From Hydrolagus colliei (taxonomy: Eukaryota), in NCBI GenBank assembly GCA_035084275.1, contig CM068764.1, positions 7,812,001 to 7,876,000 of the forward strand: a stretch of 64,000 nucleotides of DNA. The letters are read 5' to 3'. Positions 22,036-36,542 of the stretch are shown piece after piece. Under the pieces are notes generated by a model. It had not been told where the DNA came from and searched no databases. It worked only from the letters and a program-made list of their open reading frames with translations. Position 1 is the first letter of the stretch; each line of letters opens with the position of its first letter. The translations under genes and the position numbers were made by a program.

Positions 22036-22885
22036 TACAAAGACAGGTTTTTTCAATGCTTTTCCAAGTGAAAGGCTTGCAATGTTTCCCATCTTGATGG
22101 AAGTGGAACCATGGAGAGAGCAAACTCAAAGGCATTTTGCAACAAATGAAATCAAAAGGAATAATAATAATCTTTGTAACCAATACAGTGTCTCAAAGCA
22201 CTTCATAGATTTACTGTAAAGCGCAGTGCAGTTCTGTATGTATAAGAAAGCTTTGTGTGTAAGTAAAACGTTAATGAAATTTGGCAAAAATAGCAAAGCT
22301 ACAATAGGAATATTAATGTGGGTGGAGGGAGAAGGTTATAATGTGGCTAATGTTCCCTTGTCTGGCTAAGTTTTGATATGATGCCATTAAGGTATTATGA
22401 GGGTATGTTTCTCTATTGTCTGACTCTAAATTCAAGTACTGAACACACTATATCTACTCCGTGGCCTGTGCCTTTCAAAGTGGAATGCTAATAAATATTG
22501 TTTTGGATGTGCTCGACTTGTTATCAACGCACGTAGAGATAAAATGTTTTTTTGATATCCCGTCTTCGCTGGATAAACAAAAAATGGGAGCTGAGACGCT
22601 CTAGCGAAACATACACAAACGAGGAGCGAGACAAGAGATGAAAGATGAATTCTCAGCATCTGATTACTGCATAACTCCAAAAGCAGGTTTGACAGAGTCA
22701 AAGGCACGGCGCTTTGACAATAAAAGGAGCGGGTGTGCGGGACCCAGAACGATGACGGCAATAGATGCTGAAGTATATTGTGTTTTAATTAGTTCCCTCA
22801 AACGACGACTCGGATCTCGGCAAGGAAAGCAAAATCTGCCTTGCTGAGAAGCTACGTCGGTTATTATTTTGCAACTAACTTTCGT

Positions 22886-23192
22886 GAGATCCTGTATGCT
22901 CGGTGGTTAAGAGGACTCGCCTTACACACGAGAGACCCGGGTTCAATTCCAGGCAGGTTGGGGCAAAATCCTGGGCAAGTTTCCTTACTCCACACACACG
23001 CCTGATAATAATCCCTCCCCCTAAAAATTGGCCATTTCCATCCACGACTGTTTGTGGGGGACACTGCTGTGCGCAATTGGCTGCCACAATTAGTTGCGCC
23101 CACAAATATACTGTATATTCTGTGAAGTGCTTTGAGATGTCTAGAAGATGTGAAAAGCGCCAGATCAAATGCAAGTATTATTATTATTATTA
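22886..23192 (+). mobile_element. Main tRNA-SINE, full length
   Basis: Head CTCGCCTTACACACGAGAGACCCGGGTTCAATTCC is strongly tRNA-Val-like; body and tail present. Confidence 0.9.
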
Positions 23193-24409
23193 ACTATATA
23201 CTCTTTGAGTTTTGACCAGTCCTGGAGGGAAGTCAGTAAAGGCAGGTTCAAGGTCATCTACTAAACAAGGATCACTAAGACTGGAGAAAGGTTGGTTATT
23301 TGCTGTTATTGAGATTTTCCATTCTAAACATGTCCAGTGTTTTCAAAAATTGACAGATGGTACGTTTTCACTGAGGGACCCAGGTGATCTGATATATATA
23401 TATATAAACGATGCTTGCGTTAGATATGGCATCTCTCAGTCTTGGAAGATGATTCAAAGCGCTTTGTTGGATCACCGTAGAGTGTAGCGTCTCAGTATTT
23501 CTATGCAACGATAATGCAATGGTAAGCACTGATTAGCTGCATGGTGTCAAGCTCCAGTGTAAAATGGATGATGTGAAAAAGCTTGAGAAAATAACATCTG
23601 ATATCGTTCAGAATACTGTAGTATTGCTTCGTACTCCGAGGCAGTGAATGGCTCAATCTCAGATCTTGTCTTTCAACTCAACTGGATTTTTGAGGCTTTT
23701 ATTGTTTTGTGAAAATCTGCTCTAGGCTGACCGGCAGTTAAATCGATTGCACTACTTGGCATTTCAATGCCTTGGGATGTCCTCCTGACGTTGAGGATGC
23801 TCTATAAATGTAATTGTGTTGTTATTGTTTGTTGGTATTCACAATGCAATGGATCTCCACTTTTTTTAAAAAAAAATCAAGCGCAGAAAAGAACATGTTT
23901 TTAGGATTAGTTGCCCGTTTTGAAGGGCAAATTAAAACTCTACTTATCACTGACTGTTTTGAGGGACCTTGCTGTGCGCAGTTGGCTGCCGCGTCTCGCA
24001 GATAAAATACAGGGTCAATTCACTTTACGTTTTGTGATGCGTTTTGAGACTCAACGACTCAACTTTGCGTCTCAACTAAATGATAGAGGAGCTTTGATTA
24101 AAGGCAAGGATCAAATTGTTTCCATTTTCGTTACTGCACACAGCCACTCCGATCAGCTTGTATAACACAGGTGTAAATAAAAGCTTTATCCCTCTGCTCC
24201 CCTCCTTTGTTCAGCTCTGTGAAGAGTTCAAGGTAAGCGGTTCATCGGTAGGATCCATGCCAAGGCAATGAGCTAGGCTTGATTTCAATGGCCCACTTTC
24301 TCAATATACCTTTCACATCTGTCAGTATCAGTGTGGTTCTGTTGGCTGGGCACCTTATTACTTACATCCGTATTAAAGAGATGTTTTGCAGTAGTAGCGG
24401 GGCAGCCAA

Positions 24410-24510
24410 TAACAACAACAGCAACAACTTCGATTTACATAGCGCCCTCACTCCACGCCGGAAGGCGTCTCAGAGCGCTTCACAGTAACGGATCCCGGGA
24501 CCGAGCCGGG
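24410..24510 (-). mobile_element. L2-type 3' tail, variant ending in (GTT)n
   Basis: Homologous to 30815-30883 and 58779-58852 (GAAGCGCTCTGAGA...GTGGAGGGCGCTATATAAATC). Confidence 0.65.
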
Positions 24511-25261
24511 GCCAGGCGTAGAAAGGTGACCCAAGGCGCAGTCGAAGAGAAAGGTTCTTTAGCGCAATTGGAATTGCAGTAGGTCGTGGGACCCAGTAAC
24601 AAAAGGCCCTTGCGTGAATGTGGGTCGGGGGAAATTCCCACTCGGAACAATTTCTGCACGTTCCACATCGACAGAGGGATGGTGCCCTTATCTGAACGTA
24701 CACGCTGAACTCATTATTAATATCACAGGAGATAATTTTTAACTGGCGAAGAAATAGCATGAGCGATGAAGAATCACTTCAATCATATTATCTCCCCTGA
24801 ATTATTATCAATCTGGCAAGATTAACATCGCCATTCATCTTAGTGGGAAGCCCATTTTTCACTGTGCCATGTTCGTCTGCATTTTCACTGATGTAGCTTC
24901 GACGAGTTATGAAGACGGAGGGAGAAAAATGAACTCCACTGTTCAACCTACTTTCATCAAAGCGAGCAGCGGGATTAGCAGTTGGGATGATTCAGCGAAG
25001 GTAAAGATGTCATCCTTAGATTGAACAGAGGCAGCTAAGTCGCTCTAGGCTGGGAACTCACTAGGCATTTGATGATTTTGTTAATATATCTTCTCTTTTT
25101 TTTTTAGCAGCCAATTGGTACTCAAAGTTGGCAAGCCTGACCTATCGTAGATAATGCTTTGACTCACACTCTCAGTGCCGGCGGCAATTGATCTCAAAGG
25201 TTCACAAGCAATTCTGAAATAAACATTATTGCCTGTTAATACAACCAAACTGCTATATTGC

Positions 25262-25485
25262 TTTATTTCGCCCACAACAAATACATAGCCGCTGAATACT
25301 ACTGTACATATTCTGTGAAGAGCTTTGAAATTGGCCATTTCAATCCACGACTGTTTGTGGGACGCTGCTGTGCGCAATTCGCCCACAAATATACAGTCAA
25401 TTCACTTTACAGGATATCCTGTGAAGCGTTTTGAGACGTCAACAAGATGCGAAAAGCGCTATATCAAAATGCAAGGATTAGTCTT
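25262..25485 (+). mobile_element. Main tRNA-SINE 3' fragments, rearranged
   Basis: Partial tail followed by a 3' half copy. Confidence 0.8.
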
Positions 25486-26249
25486 ATTCTTATCAAGCTT
25501 CTGATTATTTCAGCTTCTTTCTCAGATGAGAGGTTAATCAGAGAATGCCAGTATTACCATACGACCATAAGCGACTTGGGGCTTCTTGACGTGAACGTCG
25601 TTTGAAAAAACCCCTGTAAATTTGTCATTTGCACTGGCTACTGGTGGATGGGCGATATTTGTGTTAGAACATGTTCTGAAACATGGCAATACCGACAATC
25701 CAGCCCATGCTTCCTCCTCTGCAATAAAACTGCTTGAGTGATGGATACGAATAACGATTCTGCCTTTCACCTCACTCATCTGTTCCCTGTGTTCCTACCC
25801 GACTGTGGAACTGAGTTTGAAGTTTGCGACTGCTGTTGTCTTATGCGATCAGTCAAATACGGCTCGTCAATAATGGGAACTGCATCGGAACTGAAATGCT
25901 CATTATCCTCGGAGCCATATCAATATTCAAGAAGCAACATTCAAAGCACTGACAGTCAGTCACTGCTCCAGATGCTCTTTTCTGTGAACATTAGCCAGTA
26001 CACACATGAACGAGCCTCTTATCTCTAACTATTGTGGTTACACCACATTCCCCCTATCATATAATCATAATCCTTACATTTGATACAACATCATCGAGAC
26101 AGCTCGAAGCATTTCGCAGAGTGTTTGTCTATCGCCGACTAATACGGCATCCAACTTTGTACAGAGAACAATGTGCCTGAAACATCCATGAGTGAATGAG
26201 GAATTGTTGAGCACTGACTGCTCCTTCTGAACCACAGTCCCACACATTT

Positions 26250-26268
26250 CACACACACACACACATAC

Positions 26269-26299
<31 letters not shown>

Positions 26300-26300
26300 C
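26250..26300. repeat. (CA)n microsatellite
   Basis: Directly visible. Confidence 0.95.
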
Positions 26301-27504
26301 AGCTTCACGGCTCCCAGGTTTGCTGAAGCGATTTGTACGGGCTTTCAGTATAACAATCAGAAAATTAAATATTTCATCCAAATGCTTTCGCTGGAAGCAA
26401 TCTATCTGTGAAAAATCTGTGTACAGCATTGCCCGCTATTCATTGCATTTCCCTCTATTCATACTCCTGTTCGGCATTAACAATAATTATTTTTTCCCCA
26501 AACACTGCAGTGATAAACCATTAATGAATCTTGAGTAGGTTTGATTCCATTGTCAATGCTTGAATAACGCACGCAGATTAGTCACTCCCAACTGCATTGC
26601 TGAATGAATAACAACCAGGTCATTAAGGAGAAAAACATTGCTAGGTTGGAAAGGATCAATACCAGGGTTCTCAATAAGAAACATTTAATTTGGAACATTA
26701 TCCAATGAACCTAAGCTTGAAAATCGTCAGACAATGGAACACTTTGGCTGAGTCAGGCATCGTTTGTTTCTGACTGATGGAGATTAATTAGCAAACAACT
26801 GGCACACAATAAAATAGCATCTGATACCCTGCCAAATAAAGCGATTTCACCGATGAGATAAAATAACCTCACCCAGAGGTTATCATCTTGAACTAAAAGT
26901 ACAATTTTGAAACACACACCGAGAGCAAATTTATTTTACTGTAATGGAATCTGACATTTCCACCTCCCTCCCTGCCGTAAACCTCACCTTTTATTACCAA
27001 AGGATTCAACTGTGCATGGGAATGTGTCTCACTTTAATCTCTCTCCGTAGCCCTCCGCGTTCCAATGACTGGAATGGAGGGGAAGGGACTGTAGGATGGA
27101 GTTCCAAAGGTGGAGGGCAGAGAGACTGAAGGATGGTGGCCAGAGTTTAATAGCAACTTCAGAATATCTATATTAATCATATCAAATGTGTAAAACCCCT
27201 TATCCCTTCCCTACCCATGTCTTAAATAATATATGGGAAGCTTTGAGAAACATTTTGGACCGCAGTGTAGCATCTTAAGTGCTCTGGCATGAAGGGTGCT
27301 ATATTGTTGCTGTTGTTCAAACCAGATTGACCCTGGTGACTACCGATGACTCGAGGCTACAGTGGAGCTCGGTCTGAAAATTACGAGACACTCACTAGCG
27401 GGATTGGGGATTCAGCAACAAATGAAACTTTTTGTTTCCTCCAAAAATCCCTCTAGAAATTTCTTAAGCACAGGCGGGAAAAGACGGAGGAACATTCTGT
27501 GAGC

Positions 27505-27632
27505 GTTTAGAGGGATTACGGGATATGGGGATAAGGCAGGCAGGTGGAGTTAGATTAGAAGATCAGCCATGATCTTATTGAATGATGGGACAGACTCGAG
27601 GGGCTGAATGGCCCTGCTCTTTATTCTTATGT
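27505..27632 (+). mobile_element. CR1 LINE 3' end
   Basis: GGATATGGGGATAAGGCAGG...GATCAGCCATGATCTTATTGAATG...CTCGAGGGGCTGAATGGCC. Confidence 0.75.
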
Positions 27633-28804
27633 AGAGCGCTGCCTGTGACCATGATGACCACCAATGGGATTTCCCATTCTAATCATGCATCACTAAAGGC
27701 CCAACGTAGAACGCTCAGCAGAACGCTTCCTCTAGTTATCAGCTGCTGCGATAGCTGCAATAGAAGCCAAATGCATGGCTGTACACCGCACGGCGATATC
27801 ACAGGTACAGGAATCCAGTATAAAATTCCATGAACTTCCATTCCTGCTTTGAGATTCACGTGGGAAGTGTTTGATGGGGGTTGGGGGGTGGGGGTGGAGT
27901 AGTGGGAGTGGAGGATGGATGGGGTGTTCGGGCAGGAGAAGCGTACAGTTAAATAGATGATGAGATGATCAGAAAAAAGGTCACAATGTTACTTGGGGAA
28001 TGAAAACAAGTGGGAAAAAATTGACATAATGAAGGTGAACATCTGCTACATCAATAAATCATATATAAATTATCAACACAATGGAATCGGTTCACAACCT
28101 TATATTTTGTTCCCCGGTTTTCAGATAGCCGATTTGCAGAAATTAACAAACACATTTATAACTGGCTGTATGAAAGTTTAATTAAAGCAATTAAAATGCC
28201 AGTGCATTAATCATGTTAATGGGAGTGAAATCTCCTTTGATGTTTTCGTTGTTGTTGACTTAGGTGCAGCCGAACGCTTTGCATAAAAATGACTGCTTTC
28301 AGCTGCGAGGGATGTTTGTTTGCTGTTGGATCATTTCTTTAGAGGACAGCTCGTCTGCAATTGAAGTCGAGATGGTCAGACTGCGAAACAGTTCTGGGCG
28401 CCATTACATGAGACACCATAGGACTTAGTGGCAGCGCAGAATAGAGCAATATGGATGATCCCCAGAGATACAGGCAACATTTGGACAAGAGCTGGCTCTT
28501 TGGTCTTCAAGAGAGATGTCTTGGACGTGATTTCAGATGCATTGAAACAGCAGAACAAGAGGAACGCAGGTTTACGTTGCAAAGGCCTATTTCAACAGCA
28601 ACAACAACAGGAACAAATCGCGTTTATATAGCGCCTTTCATATCAGGAAGACAGGACAAAAAACGGGAAGTGTATCTGTGCCCTGAGGGGAGATAAGGAA
28701 CGGAATAGATCACCCGAAAGGCTAGGCTGCTGAATTCATTTTAATAAGCAGCTGTGATGGAGGAGGGTAGGGTGTATCCTCTGGAAGCATGAGATCAAAT
28801 ATCA

Positions 28805-29104
28805 AGTGGTTAGAGCAAGAGATTCGATTCCCAGCAGGTCAGGGCGAAGCCTTGGGCAAGTTTCCTAACTCCACACACACACATACACACTCTCCTGATA
28901 ATAATCCTCCAAGAAAAAAACCAATAATAAATTGGTAATTTCAATCCACGACTGTTTGTGGGACACCACTGTGCATGTGCACAATTGGCTGGTTGCTGCG
29001 TTTCATCCACAAAAATACAGTCAATTTACTTTACACTATAGTCTGTGAAGCGCTTTGAGACGTCTAGAAGACATGAAAAGCACTATATTAAATGATTATT
29101 ATTA
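28805..29104 (+). mobile_element. Main tRNA-SINE, near full length with head deletion
   Basis: Family match. Confidence 0.88.
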
Positions 29105-29899
29105 TGAAATAGGCCAAAGGTCCTTCTTCACCAGAACCTCTCCTGTGATCTTCACACTGACTAGATAGACTATTTATGCAGAAGGGCGGATCTTAATCAA
29201 CTGCGGCCAGAAAGTTCAATCCACCGAGTTGTAGGAAACTCTACTCTGAAGTGATCCCCAGTTGGAATGAATTTGCATCCAGTTACAGAGTCTTTTTTAA
29301 GGAATTCCACCCCGGTTCCCAGTAGATTAATCCCCACTCCATCCCCATTACATCTCCCTTTCAACAAGCCCACATCATGTTCTTAATTTTTTTTAAAAAA
29401 ACACTCTGTAAAGCACGCTCATCGGAAGAGAATTTTTTGCAGAAATAAAGACATAACTCAGTCAATATCATCCACAAAATCTGCTTCGGGAAAAAGTAAT
29501 GTGCACCACTTAATCTGAATGGAACGAAAGTGGAAGAGATTTGTATAGCCAAAATGAGCTTGTGTAGAATTGCTGCTATAAATTGTGGGAAACCTCAATG
29601 CTGCAGGCAGGCCGGCAAGAATGCTAACGCTGAGAAACCATTCCACACTGAAGTCAGGAGCTAGTGGTTACGACAGTATTAAGGAGAGCCTGGGGATGGA
29701 TTGTGACTTCTGCCTGGGGTCGAATCTCCTCGCACCCACCCACTCAAACTGCTATGAGTCACGACCTAGATTAGTCTCTTTGACTCTCAAGTCAGACAAA
29801 TATATCAATTTGGCGTTGAATAAACTCCCAGTTAGAAAATGGCTCCTTGTTTGGCCTGGTGGTCGAATGGCCTTCAAGTGTAGACACTGTTTGGCAAGG

Positions 29900-30155
29900 T
29901 TAACAACAACAACAGCTTTCACTTGTATAGTGCCACTCACGCAGGGTAACGCACGCCCCAGAGAGCTTGACAGTGGCTGAGAGAGAACCCGAGCCGATGG
30001 GAGGGCGAGTTGACCATAGGCGCGGTCGAATAGGCGAAGGATGGCAAGGGAATGGGCTAAGGCAGAGGGATAGTTTCAGAGTTTCGGGCATAGTGGCTGA
30101 AAGCCCGGCCACCAATGGTGGAACGGAGGGCACCACGTACAGAAGGCCGGAGCCA
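29900..30155 (-). mobile_element. L2 3' remnant
   Basis: (CAA)n tail; AGTGGCTGAAAGCCCGGCCACCAATGGTGG motif; related to 1170-1555. Confidence 0.65.
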
Positions 30156-30711
30156 GCCTCTCTCTGCGTTAGAATCCTGGAGTTTCCCAAAGACTTTGGT
30201 TTGTAAGGATCCTCGCCAGTCTGGACACGGGTTCTGAGTAAATCAATACAAACTATCTTGTTTCTTAATTACGCTGATTGGCAGAGCAATGTCCTCTCAA
30301 ACTCAACACTGGTCACCACTAAACTATACAGGTAAATCATTCGGAATCCTGCTTTTATCTACCATATTTCCAATTGGTTTACGTGCAGGCTATAACTTAG
30401 CCATGGAGATTTGCACAGTGGAGTCTAACTTGGGGATATATGCAGCATCGACCGTTCTTTATAACATCCATAAAAATGGAGAGAGATACTAATGAAGGGC
30501 TGAGGTGAGCAAAGGACGTATATCAAATGACAAGCTATTTCTTTTTGCTAGTGCTCAAGCTACTGGCAGTTCCCTGGTATGGGAGCAGTGGTGAAATCTT
30601 CCGCTCGCTAAACCTTACAAACAGTGGAAAGGGTTTTGTATTCCCCCACTTCCCTTCCCCACCACCCCCCCATCCCACCCCCCCACCCCGTCCTCAGCTC
30701 GGGTCTGAAAC

Positions 30712-30883
30712 AGTGACTGTCCAGCGCCTTGGGACGTCCTCCTGGCTTGAAAGGCGCTCTACATTTGTCACCGCTCTACCTGTGCTACTCTGTTTTTTTC
30801 TGCCTCCGTTGAGGCGAAGCGCTCTGAGATGCCGTCCGGCGTGGAGGGCGCTATATAAATCAAAGTTGTTGTTGTTGTTGTTG
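30712..30883 (+). mobile_element. Two different L2-type tails in tandem
   Basis: TGACTGTCCAGCGCCTTGGGACGTCC tail then GAAGCGCTCTGAGATGCC...(GTT)n tail. Confidence 0.6.
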
Positions 30884-31437
30884 AGATGAGCTTGGTGTCA
30901 TGTGGGATTTGTTTTGCAGTGTTTTCCTTCAGTCCTTTGACCGTTTGGGTTTCTGCGCCTGAGGGTTTTGAATGACTATATTGAGCAACCCTGTTTCCAC
31001 TTTCCTTTTCTCACGCTTTTATCATTTGACAGGCAATCCTTTGTGCGAATGGGAGCAATGCGCCTTGGGCTAGTCTGCACTGGGCATGTTTGCCCGATAT
31101 AGGCAATGTGTCAGAGGTTGGTGCTTTGTTGAGGGGAAGCTAATACTGATCCGCGAACGTCTTTTATAAAATTGTTGCCTGCATCACTAAACATGTCCTG
31201 GACACCAAGGGGATAATCGATTTGGGGAAAGAAAAAATGTCAAGCGAGTAATTCAGTGCACCATCTCTGAATTGATTGTAGAGGAGGTCTTTTACATAGC
31301 AATTGGAAGTTGCACTTGAATCATCAGCCCTCAACACAATGCCAAGATGCCACATCAAATCCTTGTCGTTTCTTTCTTATTATTCCCCATGATCTACAAC
31401 CGAAGACCAAGACCACTGAGACAATCAGACAATCAGT

Positions 31438-31745
31438 AGAGTCCCGTAGCCCAGTGGTTAAAGCGCTCGCCTTACAAATGTGAGAGCTGTGTTTGAATCC
31501 AGGCAGGTCAGGGTGAAACCTCGGGCAAGTTTCCTGACACCACACAACTAATAATAATCCCTCCCAAAAAAATCACAATAATAAAAATTGGTCATTTCAA
31601 TCCACGACTGTTTTAGGGATACTGCTGTGTGCAATTGGCTGCCGTGTTTCACCCACAAATAATACAGTCGCTTTGCAGTATATTCTGTGAAGCGCTTTGA
31701 GACGCCTAGAAGACGTGAAAAGCGCTGTATCAAATGCAAGGATAA
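31438..31745 (+). mobile_element. Main tRNA-SINE, full length
   Basis: Family match across head, body and tail. Confidence 0.9.
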
Positions 31746-32929
31746 AAAAATAAAATTTCTGTGCCTTAAAGTTTGAAGCAGCTTTGACAACAGTCTCCAG
31801 ATTAAATTTGTGATCTCCTTGTCGCAGGATGCAGAGAATGCAGCATTGGGAGGTGGGTTATCTGAGGGTGTGGCGACTATAACAGCAGATTGGACAGGTA
31901 CAAAGGGTTAAAGCATATCAGGCTTGAATTGATGGGCTGAATTGCGTACGATTCAGTAGTTATCGAAGACTTTGAGCTGAGAACTGCTTGAGTTACCCAC
32001 AATGAGTTGAATAGATTTCACACCTAAAGCTGTGTTAATTAACAGTTTTTAAAAATAACTGGTGAGGATTGGCAAAGAGGCTTCTAAGGATAAGTACAAG
32101 GAACTGTGATGGTTTCTGTGCCACTGGGACTGTGAAGGTGTGGACAGCTGGTCACAGCTGAACCGCATGGGACATGGACTTAAGATATTGCAGTTTGCTT
32201 TCTGTTGAGAGCGGGGTAAAGAGAGGGAGGAAATAGGTCTGCACTTAAAAATATCTCACAGAGTGCCACACGGGTAATTGCTGTCCGGTGTAGTGACTGT
32301 GTATTTGTAGCTAAATAATGATTCCCTCCAGTTAGTTATCGATTGCAATCATTTTGTCCTTTTATTTCTGCTCCATTTTAGTTGTCACACACACATCACA
32401 GCCTTCATCTCGCACGGCATGATTGATGACTGGAATCTCGCAAATGCAGTCTCACAGAGCTCGAGCGTGCGGGTTATTACCGAGAAATTCTATATATACA
32501 GTGTGTGGCTGATATGATACATTTTTAATAACTGTGTGTGAACATCACCGTGAGAAAGCAAGGACACGATGCACACGGCGAGATATCGGTGGCAGAAATG
32601 ACAGCTCAAAAATAGCTCTGAAAAGGCTGCAGTTATGTGTGCGTGTTGTATTATACACCGGACTGCAGGCAATCTGCTCCCGTCGCCAAAACCATTTAAA
32701 GCCCCCGTTTGTAGTTTTTCCCAATGCAATTTGTGAACCCTGGTCCCTCGGTGTGTCAAGGCACATTTGGATTCTACGTGTACCCCATGAGTTTGCGATG
32801 CCCAAGCGAAAACAACAGAACAGCATTCAGAAAACATTCCACACAGTGGGGCCTGGGACGGAAGAATCAATTCCGTAAAAACTAGTTGGCGGAGTTCACG
32901 AGGAGCTTCCGAATATCTTTGCCCTTCCA

Positions 32930-33070
32930 AATGTGCGCAATTGGCCGCCGTGTTTCGCTCACGATTGCACACGTCAATTCACTTTTCCAGCACGTGCTGT
33001 GAAGCTCGGTTTCGAGACGGCTAGAAGATGTGAAAAGCTCTACATCGAATGCAAGGATTATTATTCTTAT
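32930..33070 (+). mobile_element. Main tRNA-SINE, 3' fragment
   Basis: Diverged family tail. Confidence 0.75.
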
Positions 33071-35296
33071 AATATGTGTGGAAAAAAGCCGCTAGCGGTT
33101 ACACAATTTCAAATATCTCAGGTCGAACAAGCAAAGTCTAAATTTTATCTGCGTTCTACGCCTCAGGGTGTAAAGCATCTATCTAGCAGGAGACCAAAAT
33201 GAAAGATGCAGAGAATAACCTGCTTGTTTAGTTCTTGCCATGGAGCTACCCAGCGCTGTGACCAGTTTATATGATGTGATTTTAACTCCTTTTTAAAAAA
33301 ACAGGGAGCAGAAAATTTTCAGGCTCGGACCACTAACCGTTCAGGTCATCTCTGGCAAAGTAGGGGGGGTCAAAGCGGATTATGATGACAGTCTCAGGTA
33401 GTATTTATATGTGTCCTTCTTGGAGGATGATGTCTCAAGATGGGAGTTGGCCAAACAGATAGGAATTAAAATGAGATTTAAAGAAGAAAGGGAGGGGGGG
33501 TTGAGATTGAGTGGTAGCAGAGGGAGTTCCAGAAATTAGGGGCGTCGGAAACTCAAGGCTTGACCAGTGAGCGACGGTGGTGTGGAGAGAGAAGCCGAAG
33601 TCACTGTTCGAAAACCTGAAGAGTATTCTGACAACCACCTCCCGCCCCGTACCACGGCTCATGAACCGGCTGGCTTTTACATCTGCAGCGAGGAATCCAT
33701 TCACCAGCATTGCATTTAAGGGCCCATTTGAACCTTAAACGCACCTCTTTCACAGTGGGTTTAATGGAGCTGGAGTCAATATTTACCTCCTTGACTTAAT
33801 TTGGAGAGAAAACAATTGGATTCCGGGCTCAAGCTTGCAGCTGTGTGGAGTGCTTGCTCCTCTTCAATTCCGTGCAGCGGTTTCTCCGTAGTTGAGAGAG
33901 GCACTTATTGCAAAGTGGCTGCACATGGCCAATTAAATGCTGCGCGATCGAGCAGTGGCCTCACACTGCGCAAGACACACTCTGCGTTCCACCGCACTTC
34001 CGAAAAGGCTCCATCGGAAACGCCCGCTGGCTCGCGGGACTGAGTTGCGTTCACCCAGGTTAGTCCGCGGTACACACGGCAGACTATTGCAGTCGGAGCA
34101 ATGTGAACCTCGACTGCGGGTTTGCTGCGGAGAGATGCATCGAGACCCACCACGATGCGAATGCAAGTCTCTTCCCCAACCCCCAGTTCCTCAGTTACAA
34201 GAGACCGACTGGGACTCGGGTTCAAGGTTGCAAAGGCACGGTTTTCAATGTGAAACACAAAGGAGCCAGGAAAGGGTTAAGCGCTTTCCAATGAGAAACA
34301 CCTACTCCCTCCGTCTGCCTCATCCCGCCACCTTCAGCTCTCAAGGCCACGGAATAAAACCCACCGAAGAATGCTTTGGGTCTGTTGGACAATCAATCAC
34401 TCGTGCTATTCCCTTCATTCAGGGAGGCGGGGAATCCACAGGGAACAAGCAGCCGCTGATCAGCTAAACCTATCGTGGAAAACACTGATAGTAATTGATT
34501 GTAATTTTTTAAAAATCTTTGGTACGATATAAGCAGAGAAAGTAAGAGAGACAGAGAAAGAGGCAGAGAGAGAGAGAAAGAGACCGACACACAGAGGGGG
34601 ATACTGTATTTGGGAATGTGACGTATAGTACAGTAGAAGCTCACATGGCTGCTGTTTGCCTGACTTGCTTCAATCATAAATAAACCATTGCAGATCGGTC
34701 TAAAGGTAATTTCCAAAGTAGTGGTTAAGAAATTATTCATATCGCTCTTAATAGATTCTATTCATTCACAGTTGGAAGACGTTCGCCTATAGCTACTTTA
34801 TTGCCTTGAAGAAAATAAATTGATGAGGGTTTTAAAAGGTTCATAATTGTACAAATGCACACCGCCTGTACATTCCTGATAGTGAATTATTAAAGGCATG
34901 TGTGATCCCAGATAATGGGTAAGTCTGTTGCTTCCTGTTTTCGCAAAATCCTAAAGTGTAGATTTTTATCTCCCTGTTTCAATTAGTGCGTCTCTTTATC
35001 ACAAGGCTTCAAACATGCCACAGTCCAACCGACAGAAGCCAGGAGTCATGTTACTGTATTTCTTAGTCCATTTATGTCCTTGTATCAAGTAACAAGGTCT
35101 GCAGCTGGGTGGCTGTAAGTGCAAAGCACTCTATTCAATACCACCGCAGCTCTAGACTGGGATGAGTATTTATCCCGTTGATACCATGGTTTGGAGGCCT
35201 TCTGAGATGTTGCCATGGAAAAGGCTATCTTAATAAAATGTTGGAGTCAAAATGTCCTGTCTAAATAACTCTACAGCTTTGGGAGGCTGTCTTCTT

Positions 35297-35585
35297 ATAA
35301 TAATAAATAATAATAATCCTTGCATTTGATATAGTGCTTTTCATGTCTTCTAGACGTCTCAAAGCGCTTCATAGAAATGTACCGTAAAGTGAATTGACTG
35401 TATAAACGCGCCAGCCAATTGCCCACAGCAGTGTCCCACAAACAACCGCGGATTGAAACGACCAATTTTTCAATAGTGTTTTTTGGATGGATTATTATTA
35501 GGCGTGTATGTGGAGTAAGACTTGCCTGGATTCGAACATAGGTCTCACACTTATGAGGCTTGTGAGTGCTCTAACCACTGAGCTG
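35297..35585 (-). mobile_element. Main tRNA-SINE, near full length
   Basis: Family match. Confidence 0.9.
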
Positions 35586-36542
35586 TTTTTAAAAAGGAGA
35601 ATGAGGAATGCATTGATTAGGGTTTGGATTCATGCAGGATCTCGAGAGTGGAAGGAATAAGATTTTCTGGCTCAGATCCGACGAAAAGGAAGCTTCTTCA
35701 GGAAATAAAATGTCTGGCATCTGCCGAAAGCCTTCGGATGAGTTTCCTTACAAAGGCATACGCGAGGATGCAGCGAGCCTGACAAGATAATTAACAGCCT
35801 GACTCACAATTACAAGTAAATAGTATCATATAGCACTTGGAGTATCAGGGCCATTGAGTGTGCGGATGCCTGGAGTCTGACAGGGCTTGTCACTCACACA
35901 CTTCACTTCACTTCCCTAATTGGCTGGACCTTTCGCAGGCTATTTTAGTGAAACAATAGCATCCAACTGAACGCTGCCCACAACGTCACCACACTCCGAA
36001 TCTTTCAAGAGAATCCGTTTGCTCTGTCTTTTATAACAATTTACTATGTTTCCTACTCTTCTACTCCTTAGCCTCCCCCTCACCACCAACCTCCGCTTCA
36101 ACTTGTCGTCATTCGCCGATTATTGGGGTAAAGTGAGCTCAGTGAGTCAATGAACGTACATTCGTTCAGTTCAGATCAGAAGTGGAACTGAACCCAATCC
36201 AGTCTTGATGACTGCACCACAGATCTGTTACTCCAGCCAGCACACTACGTTCTGCCATTGTACGTCTCTGCTCGCTCAGTGGGCACATTTACAAACCTGG
36301 ACTGGTAATACAACATTGCTGTTGTCTACATTGGTACTATATGTATGTGTAGTTGTGTTCTACCTGATTAGGTTTGTCTGGAGTGTCCTGCTTGCTGAAG
36401 AACAATGAGATTTCAAAAAGGTAAAAGACAATGTGGATTATGTATGAGTATATTTACAAATGTGCAGAAGCAAATTGAAGGCACATTTTACACCTCACTT
36501 TTAGGGGATGTCCTTGCCTTGGTCTGTCTGAGGCCATCAAGA

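Noticed and set aside
33937-34467. 176-aa ORF
   Set aside because: No recognisable homology; explained by GC richness.
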